Part shown: positions 18,429-28,887 of the stretch, piece after piece
How positions within the stretch are numbered: position 1 is the first letter of the stretch
Layout: every line of letters starts with the position of its first letter
DNA from: Lutispora sp.
Lineage (GTDB): Bacteria; Bacillota; Clostridia; Lutisporales; Lutisporaceae
Assembly: GCF_041687175.1 (NCBI RefSeq)
Contig: NZ_JAWLCK010000001.1
Span: 35,982-99,981 of the forward strand
Length of the DNA: 64,000 bases
Reading direction: 5' to 3'
Position numbers and translations under genes: made by a program
The notes under the pieces: generated by a model
Seen by the model: only the letters and a program-made list of their open reading frames with translations
Databases searched by the model: none
Told to the model about the DNA's origin: nothing

Positions 18429-19817
18429 TTATATGATATATCTGTTAGTATCTTTTTCTCTTAAATTGCTAGATAATATTTTTCTGACATACTCTTTTGT
18501 AATGATGAACTGCTTTTCTTCAATTTCAGAAGCATTAAAGGACAATTCTTCGAATAGCTTTTCCATAACAGTATATAGCCGTCTTGCTCCAATATCCTCT
18601 GTTTGCTCATTCATTATAGCTGCGATCTCTGCTATTTCATCGACTGCTTCTTCTTCAAATTCTATTTCTAGGCCTTCTGTTGATAACAATGCTTTGTACT
18701 GTTTTATCAGGGCATTATTGGTTTTAGTCAATATTTCTTTAAAATTTTCCTTTGTTAAACTGGTCAATTCTACCCTTACAGGAAAGCGTCCCTGGAGCTC
18801 AGGAATCAGATCCGTTACCTTTGAAACATGAAATGCACCTGCTCCAATGAATAACATATGATCTGTCTTTACTGGCCCATACTTTGTCATTACTGTGCTT
18901 CCCTCAACAATAGGAAGTATGTCTCTTTGTACTCCCTCCCTCGAAACATCAGGACCTCCTGAATAATCTTTTCCTGCAATTTTATCTATTTCATCAATAA
19001 AAATAATGCCTCTTTCTTCAGCTCTGATTATGGCTTCATCAATTACAGCATCCATATCTATTAATTTCTGTGCCTCTTGCTGGGTAAGTATCTTGAGTGC
19101 ATCTTTTATTGTCATCTTCTTTTTCTTAATTTTTTTCGGAAATATATTACCAAGCATATCTTGAATATTTATGCTCATTTGTTCAATGCCAACTCCGGAA
19201 AACATATCAATGGTAGATGATGAATTATCTTCTACCTCTATCTCAACAATCTGATCGTCCAGTTCTCCTCTTCTTATCTTTTCTTTTATATAAAATCTAT
19301 TCATTATTATCTTTTCGTCATCATCATCTTGCACTTCATCTTCTTTGGACTGATAATTAAACAAAGCTTCAAAAGGGTTGTTATCCCTCCTGCCCTTTTT
19401 TAATGATGGCACTAATACTTTTCCTAAGTGGTCTACCGCAGCTTCAAATGCCTTTTCATTTACTTCTTGGCTTTTTTCTGCTTTAACAATACGAATTGAT
19501 GTTTCAACAATATCTCTAATTATAGACTCTACATCACGACCTACATATCCAACTTCGGTAAATTTAGTTGCTTCTACCTTTATGAAAGGGGCATTAACAA
19601 GCTTAGCAAGCCTTCTTGCTATTTCAGTTTTCCCAACCCCAGTGGGGCCTATCATTAGAATATTCTTAGGAGTAATCTCACTTTTTATATCATCCGGTAA
19701 TTGGTTCCTCCTATATCTGTTCCTTAATGCAACAGCTACAGACTTTTTTGCACCTTTCTGCCCTACTATATACTTATCCAGCTCTTCTACTATTTGTTTT
19801 GGAGTCAATTCAATCAT
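18429..19817 (-). CDS. hslU: ATP-dependent protease ATPase subunit HslU (ClpY)
   Basis: [34 protein letters not shown], Walker [35 protein letters not shown]. Confidence 0.97.
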   Translation of the reverse strand: MIELTPKQIVEELDKYIVGQKGAKKSVAVALRNRYRRNQLPDDIKSEITPKNILMIGPTGVGKTEIARRLAKLVNAPFIKVEATKFTEVGYVGRDVESIIRDIVETSIRIVKAEKSQEVNEKAFEAAVDHLGKVLVPSLKKGRRDNNPFEALFNYQSKEDEVQDDDDEKIIMNRFYIKEKIRRGELDDQIVEIEVEDNSSSTIDMFSGVGIEQMSINIQDMLGNIFPKKIKKKKMTIKDALKILTQQEAQKLIDMDAVIDEAIIRAEERGIIFIDEIDKIAGKDYSGGPDVSREGVQRDILPIVEGSTVMTKYGPVKTDHMLFIGAGAFHVSKVTDLIPELQGRFPVRVELTSLTKENFKEILTKTNNALIKQYKALLSTEGLEIEFEEEAVDEIAEIAAIMNEQTEDIGARRLYTVMEKLFEELSFNASEIEEKQFIITKEYVRKILSSNLREKDTNRYII

Positions 19818-19827
19818 AAAAAACCTC

Positions 19828-20358
19828 CTAGACCACTTCTACAATTATATTGCTATTAGTATAGACACATATAGATGCAGCTATCTCAAGAGATTTCTTA
19901 GCTATTTCCTCTGCACTAAGTTCTGTATTATAATATAAAGCTTTTGCTGCAGCTAATGCATAATTCCCACCTGAGCCTATTGCAATAAATCCTTCATCCG
20001 GCTCTATAACTTCTCCTCCACCGGAGATAACCAACAGTGTTTCATTGTTTGCAGCTATCAACATAGCCTCCAAATTTCTAAGTACTTTATCTTTTCTCCA
20101 TTCTCTGGCTAATTCCACAGCAGCTCTTTTAAGATTTCCTCCATATTGTTCTAATTTTTCCTCAAATTTTTCTGATAAAGCAAATGCATCTGATACAGAC
20201 CCTGCAAAACCAACTAAAACTTTACCATTATATAACCTACGAATCTTTTTGGCTGTAGATTTAATAATAGTATTTTGACCTAAAGTAACCTGTCCATCAC
20301 CAGCAATTGCACATTTACCATTTTTTAAGACCCCAGCTATGGTTGTCCCGTTAAACAT
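19828..20358 (-). CDS. hslV: ATP-dependent protease subunit HslV (ClpQ)
   Basis: N-terminal nucleophile context [10 protein letters not shown], then [26 protein letters not shown]. Confidence 0.96.
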   Translation of the reverse strand: MFNGTTIAGVLKNGKCAIAGDGQVTLGQNTIIKSTAKKIRRLYNGKVLVGFAGSVSDAFALSEKFEEKLEQYGGNLKRAAVELAREWRKDKVLRNLEAMLIAANNETLLVISGGGEVIEPDEGFIAIGSGGNYALAAAKALYYNTELSAEEIAKKSLEIAASICVYTNSNIIVEVV

Positions 20359-20429
20359 AAAATTCCTCCAGTTGACATCATTGCTAATATTTTGAATATT
20401 CTTACAAATCTAAAAGCCCATCAAAGTAC

Positions 20430-20458
20430 ATAATAACATAACAATTATTATTAATCAA
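20430..20458 (-). promoter_or_regulatory. Candidate sigma-A promoter for hslVU-codY
   Basis: Minus strand TTGATT-17 nt-TATTAT, about 70 nt upstream of the hslV ATG. It lies in AT-rich DNA, so specificity is low. Confidence 0.35.
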
Positions 20459-20549
20459 TATTTATTAATATATCATTTTTATACCAATATGCTCACTATT
20501 ATCATATGCTTAGTACTAATAACTTTTACTTTTATTAAAGGCTTTACAC

Positions 20550-22637
20550 TCACTTATCTATTTTTTTCTCAAAATCACATTCTTTATTTAAGCATTTCAA
20601 TATATTTTGCTTGCTATTCTGCTTTTTAGCTAAATGGCTCCCACACTTAGGACAAACTTCTTTTGTAGGCTCATCCCAACTAGTAAAATCGCAGCTAGGA
20701 TAATTGCTGCATCCATAGAACTTTCTACCTTTTTTTGTCTTTCTGGCAATCAATTGTCCACTGTCGCATTTAGGACATTTTATACCTGTGTTTTCAACAA
20801 TAGCCTTTGTATTTCTGCATTCTGGAAAACCTGGGCATGCAAGAAATTTGCCATATCTACTCATTTTATAAACTAAGTTTCTTCCACAATACTCACATAC
20901 CTCATCGCTCACTTCATCAGGAATCTCTATTTTCCCTATGCTTTCTTCCGCTATTTCTAATGCTTTCTCAAATGGCATGTAAAACTTCCTTATAACATCA
21001 ATCCATTTTTCCTCACCATCAGCAATATTGTCCAAATCTCTCTCCATATTAGCTGTAAACTCTACATTAATAATATCCTTAAAATTGTCTATTAAAAGCT
21101 TTGTTACAGCTTCACCCAGTTCAGTTGTTTTAAGATACTTCTTTTCTTTTACTACATAACCCCTGGCTAATATTGTGGATATTATTGGCGCATAAGTACT
21201 GGGTCTGCCTATGCCCTTCTCTTCTAAAGCCCTTACCAATGTTGCCTCTGTATATCTCGGTGGCGGTTCTGTAAAATGCTGCTTCGGTTCAAGTTTCTTG
21301 AGTTTCAAAATCTGACCCTCATTTATTTCAGGCAGAATTATATCCTTTTCTTCTTCTTTTTCATCTTTGCCTTCAGTATATACCAGCATAAATCCAAGAA
21401 ATTTGATACTGCTACCAGTAGCTCTAAATATATAATCCCCCGCAGTAATATCAATTGTTACAACATCGTATATAGCTGGCTCCATTTGGCTGGCAATAAA
21501 TCTTGTCCATATTAAGTTATATAGTTTATATTGATCTTTTTCCAATGAATCTTTTATCAAATTTGGTTCCCTAAAAGCTGATGTAGGTCTTATTCCTTCG
21601 TGAGCGTCTTGCACTTTCTTACTGGATTTTACTTGAAGATTATTCTTTCTATAATACTTCTCACCATATCTATCAATTATAAACTGCTTTGCATCTGCTC
21701 TTGCTTCTTCAGATAACCTTGTGGAATCTGTTCTGATGTAGCTCACCAAACCAACTGTACCTTCGCCTTTTATATCTATACCTTCATATAGTCGTTGGGC
21801 TATCATCATTGTTTTTTTAGTAGAGAAACCTAATTTTCTATAAGCCTCCTGCTGCAAACTGCTGGTAGTAAAGGGTAAAGGAGCGTTTCTTTTCTTTTCG
21901 CCTTTTTTTATTTTAGCAACCTTGTACTCTTGTCCTTCTAAACTCTTCAGCAATGCATCCATTTCTTCTTGTGTATTTATTTCTATCTTATTCTCTTTAT
22001 TCCCATAGAATTTTGCCTCTATAGTCTTTTTTGATTTGTTATCAAGAAGTTTTGCATTCAAATCCCAGTATTCTTTCGGTACAAAGGCTCTTATTTCTTC
22101 TTCTCTATCATAAACAAGCTTTACCGCAACAGATTGAACCCTACCTGCGCTTAGACCCTTTTTTACCTTTTTCCAAAGCAATGGACTTATCTTATACCCT
22201 ACAAGCCTATCCAAAACCCTTCTTGCCTGCTGAGCATCTACCAAGTCCATGTTAATACTTCTTGGCTTCTTTATAGCATTTTTAACTGCAGTTTTTGTGA
22301 TTTCATTAAATTCGATTCTGCAATCATCCATCGGATCTATGCCTAAAACCTTTGACAGATGCCATGAAATGGCTTCACCTTCTCTATCAGGGTCTGTTGC
22401 TAATAAAATTTTGTCGCAACTCTTTGCTTCTTTCCTTAACTTTTCTAAAGTTTTTCCTTTGCCTCTAATAGTAATATATTTAGGTTCAAAATTATTATCT
22501 ACATCTATACCAAGCTGACTTTTAGGTAAATCCCTAATATGTCCCATGGTTGCCTCAACCTTATAACTAGAACTCAAAAACTTTTTTATAGTCTTTACTT
22601 TTGCTGGTGACTCAACTATAACTAATGTTGTTTTCAA
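20550..22637 (-). CDS. topA: DNA topoisomerase I
   Basis: Toprim start LVIVESPAKVKTIKKFL, active-site Tyr context VSYIRTDSTR, and three C-terminal C4 zinc ribbons (CEYCGRNL..CPGFPEC; CPKCDSGQ..CSNYPSC; CPKCGSH..CLNKEC). Confidence 0.97.
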   Translation of the reverse strand: MKTTLVIVESPAKVKTIKKFLSSSYKVEATMGHIRDLPKSQLGIDVDNNFEPKYITIRGKGKTLEKLRKEAKSCDKILLATDPDREGEAISWHLSKVLGIDPMDDCRIEFNEITKTAVKNAIKKPRSINMDLVDAQQARRVLDRLVGYKISPLLWKKVKKGLSAGRVQSVAVKLVYDREEEIRAFVPKEYWDLNAKLLDNKSKKTIEAKFYGNKENKIEINTQEEMDALLKSLEGQEYKVAKIKKGEKKRNAPLPFTTSSLQQEAYRKLGFSTKKTMMIAQRLYEGIDIKGEGTVGLVSYIRTDSTRLSEEARADAKQFIIDRYGEKYYRKNNLQVKSSKKVQDAHEGIRPTSAFREPNLIKDSLEKDQYKLYNLIWTRFIASQMEPAIYDVVTIDITAGDYIFRATGSSIKFLGFMLVYTEGKDEKEEEKDIILPEINEGQILKLKKLEPKQHFTEPPPRYTEATLVRALEEKGIGRPSTYAPIISTILARGYVVKEKKYLKTTELGEAVTKLLIDNFKDIINVEFTANMERDLDNIADGEEKWIDVIRKFYMPFEKALEIAEESIGKIEIPDEVSDEVCEYCGRNLVYKMSRYGKFLACPGFPECRNTKAIVENTGIKCPKCDSGQLIARKTKKGRKFYGCSNYPSCDFTSWDEPTKEVCPKCGSHLAKKQNSKQNILKCLNKECDFEKKIDK

Positions 22638-22713
22638 TATTTTTCACTCCAATTAAAAAATCAATTTAGATTATAACAGAACTAAATAATATAATCAAAG
22701 ATTTCACAATTAT

Positions 22714-23793
22714 TTAATATTTCCTATAATAAGTATTACTTATTTCTTTAATCATACCCTTAATTTCTAATTGAACAACCTTTGATATTATCATAGCAGT
22801 ATCCATATCCATATCTTCAATAATCTGATCTATGGTTTTACCTGAAGATTCCAGGCATTTCAATATTGATTTATCTATATCATCCAGTTCTTCAATCTGA
22901 TTAGTATGCTTGATATCTCTTACTTCTATTCCATACTCTTCTAATATATCATTTACACATGTAACCAATTTAGCACCATCCTTTATAAGTGCGTTGGTAC
23001 CCATGCTATTAGGCATACCTATATTACCAGGCACTGCAAATACATCTCTTCCTTGCTCTAGGGCAAAATTAGCCGTAATTAATGAGCCACTTTTTTCATT
23101 TGCTTCGACTATTACTATACCTTTTGAGACTCCACTGATTATTCTATTTCTAGCAGGGAAGTTCTGAGGAACAGCTTCTATGCCAAGGGGATATTCAGAA
23201 ATTATAGCTCCATTTTTTATTATTTCCTTCGCTAAGTTATAACCGCTTCTGGGATATACAAAGTTTAGTCCGCATGCAAATACCGCTATAGTCCTTCCCC
23301 CAGCTTTTAAAGCACCTCTATGAGCTGCTGAATCAATCCCTAAAGCCATACCGCTTACCACCGTTATACCTGCTTCAGCCAATTCCATCCCCAATTTTTC
23401 AGCTGTCTTCAGGCCATAATCTGAGGCCTTTCTCGAGCCAACCACAGCTATAGAATTAACATCTGATGCTTGGAGATTGCCTTTAACATATAATACAGGA
23501 GGTGGATCATATATATTTTTCAAGTTCTCAGGATATTCCTCTTCGTCTATAGTATAGACTTTTATATCATTTTCTTTCAGTTTTTTCAGATATCTGTGGA
23601 TTTTATCAATATCTCTTTTAGTGACTATTATATCAACAATTTTTTCATTTAATATACCTGATTTTAATAATTCATTTCTATCACTTTCAAAAACTCTTTT
23701 AGCACTACCAAAATATTTTATTAAAGAAACATATTTTCTAGAACCTATATGCGGCAAACCAGACAACCATATACAATATTTCTTGTCCTCCAT
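22714..23793 (-). CDS. dprA: DNA processing/protecting protein DprA (Smf)
   Basis: Rossmann-like DprA core (AVVGSRKASDYG......LA..G.TVVSGMALGIDSAAHRGAL..GG.TIAV...G....YP). Start set at ATG 23793 (GGAGG SD 5 nt upstream) rather than the ORF-track 23805. Confidence 0.93.
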   Translation of the reverse strand: MEDKKYCIWLSGLPHIGSRKYVSLIKYFGSAKRVFESDRNELLKSGILNEKIVDIIVTKRDIDKIHRYLKKLKENDIKVYTIDEEEYPENLKNIYDPPPVLYVKGNLQASDVNSIAVVGSRKASDYGLKTAEKLGMELAEAGITVVSGMALGIDSAAHRGALKAGGRTIAVFACGLNFVYPRSGYNLAKEIIKNGAIISEYPLGIEAVPQNFPARNRIISGVSKGIVIVEANEKSGSLITANFALEQGRDVFAVPGNIGMPNSMGTNALIKDGAKLVTCVNDILEEYGIEVRDIKHTNQIEELDDIDKSILKCLESSGKTIDQIIEDMDMDTAMIISKVVQLEIKGMIKEISNTYYRKY

Positions 23794-23975
23794 TTTGACC
23801 TCCATATAATAATTTATTTACAAGAAAATTATACCTCATAATGTATTTTTATCAATTATATAATAACTTGACTTCCATATTTGTGCAAACTTGTAACATG
23901 AATAAATTTTATAGAAGGTAAATTGTTTTATTTATGGAATATAATATTAGACTAATGATAAATTGGGGGTATTTG

Positions 23976-25505
23976 ATGATTTACAAAGTTAATTCCTGCT
24001 CAATTTATGGAATAAATGGCTATATTGTAAAGGTTGAAGTGGATTTATCAAATGGCCTTCCAGGCTTTGATATTGTTGGTTTACCAGATACTACGGTAAA
24101 AGAATCCAAAGAAAGGGTAAAAGCAGCAATAAAAAACTCGGAGCTTCAGTTTCCTCATAAAAGAATAACCATAAATCTCGCTCCTGCAGATATTAAAAAA
24201 GAAGGTTCCGTATTTGATCTTGCAATAGCAGCTGGTTTGCTTGTGTCATCAATGTATTTTCCTGAAGAAGCAGTAGAGAATACAATATTTCTGGGAGAAC
24301 TTTCACTTGATGGTACAATAAAGGGAATTAAGGGTATTTTGCCTATGTGCATGGAAGCAAAAAAGCAAGGATTTTCAAGGGTAATCACTTCAAATGAAAA
24401 TGCTCAAGAGGCTGCATTGGTAAAGGGACTAGAAATCATAGGCATTAATGATTTGAAAGAAATGGTGGAATATTTGAATGGCTCTCTAAATATAGAACCA
24501 ACAGTTTTTTCCACAAAAAATCTACTAATCAATGACATAGATGATTGGGACTTCAAAGATGTTAAGGGGCAGCATATGGTTAAAAGAGCTTTGGAAATAG
24601 CTGCTGCAGGCTCTCACAACGTCCTCATGGTTGGTCCTCCAGGCTCTGGGAAAACAATGCTTGCAAGACGGCTTCCATCAATTCTTCCTGATATGACTTT
24701 TGAAGAAAGCCTTGAAGTTACAAAGATATATAGTGTTGCTGGATTGTTGAAAGAAGGAGAGAATCTAATTCTTAAGAGACCTTTTAGATCTCCTCATCAT
24801 ACAATATCCGCTGCATCCTTAACAGGAGGAGGAAGAATTCCCAAGCCCGGCGAAGTATCCTTGGCTCATTTTGGTGTCCTATTTCTTGATGAAATGCCAG
24901 AATTCCCGAAGCATGTTCTCGAGGTATTGAGACAACCTTTGGAGGATGAATGTGTAACAATATCCAGGGTAAACGGAACTATAACATATCCCTCCAAGTT
25001 CATGCTGATAGCATCAATAAACCCATGTCCATGCGGTTACTTCGGTGATGACAGCAATCGTTGTAGTTGCAGTGCCACTCAAATAAAGAATTATATAGGA
25101 AAGATTTCCGGTCCCTTGATGGATCGTATTGATCTTCACATTGAAGTTAAGCCTGTGAAATTCAATGATTTAAGCAATGACAGCAAAAGCGAAAGCTCTT
25201 CATCAATCAAAGAGAGGATCAATAAAGCCAGGGAAATACAATTAAAGAGATATGCTAAAGATGGGATATATTTTAATTCTCAATTAAAACCCAAGCATAT
25301 GAATAAGTATTGTAAAATTGGCCAAAAAGAAAAAACACTGCTGAAAAACGCCTTTGAAAAGTATAACATGAGCGCTAGAGCTTTTAACAGGATATTGAAA
25401 GTTGCAAGAACCATAGCCGATCTGGATTATTCGGAGAATATCAATATGAATCATATAGCAGAAGCTATACAGCATAGAACCCTGGATAAAAAATATATGC
25501 TTTAA
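23976..25505 (+). CDS. comM: Mg-chelatase-like AAA+ protein YifB/ComM
   Basis: Lon-protease-like N domain (GLPGFDIVGLPDTTVKESKERVKAAI), Walker A GPPGSGKTMLARRLPSILP, Walker B GVLFLDEMPEF, and a C-terminal ChlI-like domain. Start moved to ATG 23976 (GGGGG SD) from 23934. Confidence 0.93.
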   Translation: MIYKVNSCSIYGINGYIVKVEVDLSNGLPGFDIVGLPDTTVKESKERVKAAIKNSELQFPHKRITINLAPADIKKEGSVFDLAIAAGLLVSSMYFPEEAVENTIFLGELSLDGTIKGIKGILPMCMEAKKQGFSRVITSNENAQEAALVKGLEIIGINDLKEMVEYLNGSLNIEPTVFSTKNLLINDIDDWDFKDVKGQHMVKRALEIAAAGSHNVLMVGPPGSGKTMLARRLPSILPDMTFEESLEVTKIYSVAGLLKEGENLILKRPFRSPHHTISAASLTGGGRIPKPGEVSLAHFGVLFLDEMPEFPKHVLEVLRQPLEDECVTISRVNGTITYPSKFMLIASINPCPCGYFGDDSNRCSCSATQIKNYIGKISGPLMDRIDLHIEVKPVKFNDLSNDSKSESSSSIKERINKAREIQLKRYAKDGIYFNSQLKPKHMNKYCKIGQKEKTLLKNAFEKYNMSARAFNRILKVARTIADLDYSENINMNHIAEAIQHRTLDKKYML

Positions 25506-25512
25506 TCTATTA

Positions 25513-26076
25513 TCAACTAATTTTTTCTATGCATATGGCTATAGGGGGACAGTTGATTTGATTAACAAACTCGTGGACTAATACTACAGCTTTTTTATAA
25601 TCTATAGACTTTACATACTCCATTATGGCTTCTTTCTCTTCGAACCCACTGTCTCCCCCATAGTAAACAGCCATCATGATTATCCCGCCAGGCTTAAGAA
25701 GTTCCAGCGATTTTTCTATTGCCATAATTGTGCTGGAGGGTTTTGTACCTATTGAATGGTCTCCTCCCGGCAGATACCCTAGATTGAACATGACCGCTTT
25801 TATACCATTGGGTACATACTTATCCATATTCTCATGACCATCTTTAATAAGTACAACTCTTTTCTCAACATTATTATATATAAGCCTTTTTTTAGTATTT
25901 TCAATAGCCTTATCCTGTATATCAAAAGCAAATACTTTTCCCTCATCTCCAACAAGCTTCGCAAGAAAGACTGTATCATTACCATTTCCAGCTGTAGCAT
26001 CAACAACCACATCGCCTTGTGAAACTATTTTTTCTACAATCCTATGAGATATATCAAGCGCATTTTTTAAAAACAT
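25513..26076 (-). CDS. mnmM: Class I SAM-dependent methyltransferase, YtqB/MnmM family ('putative rRNA methylase' fold)
   Basis: VVDATAGNGNDTVFLAKLVGDEGKVFAFDIQD.AI.NT..RL, FNLGYLPGGDHSI.T...STI.A and PPIAICIEK align closely with my recollection of B. subtilis YtqB. The specific tRNA (mnm5s2U) function is inferred from that family. Confidence 0.75.
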   Translation of the reverse strand: MFLKNALDISHRIVEKIVSQGDVVVDATAGNGNDTVFLAKLVGDEGKVFAFDIQDKAIENTKKRLIYNNVEKRVVLIKDGHENMDKYVPNGIKAVMFNLGYLPGGDHSIGTKPSSTIMAIEKSLELLKPGGIIMMAVYYGGDSGFEEKEAIMEYVKSIDYKKAVVLVHEFVNQINCPPIAICIEKIS

Positions 26077-26101
26077 AACATTACTCCTCTAAACATTTTT
26101 C

Positions 26102-26479
26102 TCAATAGCCGTATTTGCCGGTATACTGAAATGCATCCCTAATCAAATTAATATCTATGATCCTATCATTATCTGTTATTACTTCAACCACATCAAAGCG
26201 GCTCATCCAATTAAAAAGCTTCTTATTACTTATATATGACAATGCAATACGAACAATTTTTTTCTGTTTATGATAGTTCACTGCTTCTCCTGGTTGACCA
26301 AAGGTATTTGAACTCCTGGTTTTTACTTCAACAAACACAACGGTATCCTTGTCAGCTGCTATTATATCTATTTCACCAAGCTTACACTTGTAGTTTCTCT
26401 CTATAATACGGTATCCTTGACTCTCCAGATACTCTGCTGCTGCTTTTTCCCCTATTCCTCCCAAAAACTTATTATTCAT
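26102..26479 (-). CDS. yraN: YraN family endonuclease-like protein (UPF0102)
   Basis: GE.AAAEYLESQGYRIIERNYKCKLGEIDIIAADKDTVVFVEVKTRSS..FG.P.EAV...K, the canonical UPF0102 pattern. 8-nt overlap with the upstream gene. Confidence 0.9.
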   Translation of the reverse strand: MNNKFLGGIGEKAAAEYLESQGYRIIERNYKCKLGEIDIIAADKDTVVFVEVKTRSSNTFGQPGEAVNYHKQKKIVRIALSYISNKKLFNWMSRFDVVEVITDNDRIIDINLIRDAFQYTGKYGY

Positions 26480-26756
26480 TTCTATCTCCCTTTACCTTGT
26501 CAATATATGATATAAATGCCAATACTTCAGCCACTACAACATACAATTCAGGCGGTATCTCGCTTCCCAACTCAAGTTTTAGCAAGCTTTCCACCAGAGC
26601 ATTATTTTGAAAAACAGGAACTTTGTTTTTCTCTGCTGCTTTTATTATATTTTCTGCTATCAACCCTTTTCCTGAAGCCACTATTCTAGGAGCTGCATCT
26701 TTTTCTCCATAGGACAGGGCTGCTGCTTTTTTAACTTCGTTTTTATTCCTGCTCAT
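26472..26756 (-). CDS. ylqH: Soluble FlhB C-terminal-domain paralogue (EscU/YscU/HrcU switch family; YlqH-like)
   Basis: 94 aa. KKAAALSYGEKDAAPRIVASGKGLIAENIIKAAEKNKVPVFQNNALVESLLK..LGSEIPPELYVVVAEVLAFI aligns to the post-cleavage FlhB-CC fragment. It has no TM domain and no NPTH autocleavage motif. Confidence 0.85.
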   Translation of the reverse strand: MSRNKNEVKKAAALSYGEKDAAPRIVASGKGLIAENIIKAAEKNKVPVFQNNALVESLLKLELGSEIPPELYVVVAEVLAFISYIDKVKGDRNE

Positions 26757-26757
26757 A

Positions 26758-28230
26758 TCATATCCTCATATCAATACTATTAAGGTCATAAATGGTCTTA
26801 GGGTTCATTAAATCATCAATAGATTGTAGATCAAAGGATTTATCCTTCTTCTCAACTGATTTTATACTTATGTTATATCCTTTGAAACTTAATGAATCTA
26901 CTAGATTTATACTGTAACTTCTAATCATGTCTGCTGTTGTTTTATCTGGTGATTTAAAGCTTATGTTTACATTTTTGCCCCTTATCTCAATAATACTTTC
27001 AATATATCCCAAGCTTGGCATATTAACGCATATGACTATGGTTGCATTTGATATGTCTACTTTTTTATTTTTATTGCCTCTTTCAAATACAAAAATCTCG
27101 ACATCAGTCTTTTTTTCATTTATTATTATGGGAATGTATAGATAATTAACATGATTATTTATTGATTTTATAAAACTTATCATATCTCTAATATTCATCA
27201 TACTTTGTTTTAATTCATAGCTCATATTCTTATTCTCTTCTATAATAGTTTCAAGTTGAGCCAATGTTCTTAAAAGTTCATTGCTTTTATCAATATTTTC
27301 AGCTATAGTCAACTCCTCGGGTTTGAGATAAAGCTCATTTAGGCGTAAAATAATGGATTGAATCCTTGGGTCGGAAATATTTTTCATACCTTCTATTATT
27401 TTATCAACATATTGGGTAAAAATAGGACTCTTATTGCTTATTTGCCTATATATAAATAGATTTTTTGGTGTCACTTCTATTTTTTTGGATAACAGAAATA
27501 AAAGTTTTTCTAAGTCAGCTTCTTTTATGGCATTAGCAGCTTCCAGCGATTCATGGACAAGCAGCTTAAGTTGGATAGCTAAACCTCCATCAAGCTTATA
27601 GTCATCTATTATTTTTCCAATAATATTATTTAAAGTATTGCTGTCATTATTACTACTGATATTTTCTTCTTTCCCAATATTTACAATTATATTTTCCATT
27701 TCTGGAGAAGAGGTCAACCTGGGCAAATTGTGCAAAGGTGTATTAATAATATCATCTTCGGATAATGCTAAAGCCAGGATTTCTTCTATGTTTTTATTTC
27801 TGAATGAGTCGCATGTTTTAATCAGGTAATTTATGTAATCCATAATATCTTTACTGATAGGTTGATTATACTTTATTAATGCCTTCAGGATTTCTACATT
27901 TTGTTCTGTTATGCTTAATCCAAGGCTTTGAAGTCCATTCGCAATGTTTTCATTTGATAGTTGTTTATTCTCCGTTGGCTTTAATATTTTTGCAAAGATA
28001 GTATCAGCCTTCATATCAGTTACCACTAATTGAATGATTGAACCCTTTTCAACAGCTATTTTTGGGTCTATTGCAGCATCAATATTCTGCTGGGAAGAAA
28101 GCTTTATGACTACTCTTCCTTCCCTTGTATCCACAACTCTTCCCTTTAAGACATCACCAATTTTAAGGGCTCTTACAAACTCTTCTCTATGTATATCTTT
28201 TGTCTTTATGTTTGTTGATGTAACTCTCAT
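26758..28230 (-). CDS. Hypothetical protein with FliK-C-terminal (Flg_hook)-like domain (YlqG-like)
   Basis: 490 aa with no TM. The C-terminal ~70 aa (IVICVNMPSLGYIESIIEIRGKNVNISFKSPDKTTADMIRSYSINLVDSLSFKGYNISIKSV) follows the same pattern as this window's FliK C-domain. Its stop TGA is 1 nt before the ylqH ATG. Confidence 0.6.
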   Translation of the reverse strand: MRVTSTNIKTKDIHREEFVRALKIGDVLKGRVVDTREGRVVIKLSSQQNIDAAIDPKIAVEKGSIIQLVVTDMKADTIFAKILKPTENKQLSNENIANGLQSLGLSITEQNVEILKALIKYNQPISKDIMDYINYLIKTCDSFRNKNIEEILALALSEDDIINTPLHNLPRLTSSPEMENIIVNIGKEENISSNNDSNTLNNIIGKIIDDYKLDGGLAIQLKLLVHESLEAANAIKEADLEKLLFLLSKKIEVTPKNLFIYRQISNKSPIFTQYVDKIIEGMKNISDPRIQSIILRLNELYLKPEELTIAENIDKSNELLRTLAQLETIIEENKNMSYELKQSMMNIRDMISFIKSINNHVNYLYIPIIINEKKTDVEIFVFERGNKNKKVDISNATIVICVNMPSLGYIESIIEIRGKNVNISFKSPDKTTADMIRSYSINLVDSLSFKGYNISIKSVEKKDKSFDLQSIDDLMNPKTIYDLNSIDMRI

Positions 28231-28241
28231 ATAATCACCAA

Positions 28242-28880
28242 CTATATGTTCTTGGTAAAACTTCTTCTATGTATAGGCAGCAATCCAAAATTTCTTATGG
28301 ATTCTATATGTTGTTTTGTCCCATAGCCTTTATGCTTTCCAAAACCATATTGTGGGTATTTCTTGTCATACTCACCTAGAATCCTATCCCTTGTCACTTT
28401 AGCTACTATAGAAGCAGCCGCTATGGAAATACTCAGGCTATCACCTTTTACGATAGAAATCTGATGTATAGGAACATTTATTAATTTTTCTGCATCTATC
28501 AAAATACAGTCTGGTTTAACCTTTAGATTGCTTATTGCCATTTCCATAGCCATAAATGTGGCCTGCTTAATATTTATTTCGTCTATTGTCTTTTCATCCA
28601 CTATACCGGTACCTATGGAAATGGCTTTATTGCAAATCTCATCATATAGAAACTCCCTTTTTGCCTCTGACAGTTTCTTTGAATCATTTATACCTGGTAT
28701 TACTATATTGGGATCTAGAATTACTGCAGCAGCAACAACAGGTCCAGCCAGAGGACCTCGACCTGCTTCATCTATGCCCGCAATATATTTGTATCCATCG
28801 TGAAAGCATTTGCTTTCAAACAGCATCATCTTCTCTAATCTGCTTTTTTCTTTTTCGTCATACTTAATTCTTATAGCCAT
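28242..28880 (-). CDS. rnhB: Ribonuclease HII
   Basis: [36 protein letters not shown]....., [34 protein letters not shown]. Start placed at ATG 28880, just after the rbgA stop. The ORF-track start at 28949 would overlap rbgA by 62 nt. SD is weak, so the start is uncertain. Confidence 0.9.
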   Translation of the reverse strand: MAIRIKYDEKEKSRLEKMMLFESKCFHDGYKYIAGIDEAGRGPLAGPVVAAAVILDPNIVIPGINDSKKLSEAKREFLYDEICNKAISIGTGIVDEKTIDEINIKQATFMAMEMAISNLKVKPDCILIDAEKLINVPIHQISIVKGDSLSISIAAASIVAKVTRDRILGEYDKKYPQYGFGKHKGYGTKQHIESIRNFGLLPIHRRSFTKNI

Positions 28881-28887
28881 TATTATT

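Noticed and set aside
25800-26012. A 70-aa same-strand, alternative-frame ORF inside the YtqB-like methyltransferase gene.
   Set aside because: It lies fully inside a conserved coding frame. The product is M/L/K-rich and low-complexity, and nothing supports an overlapping gene.
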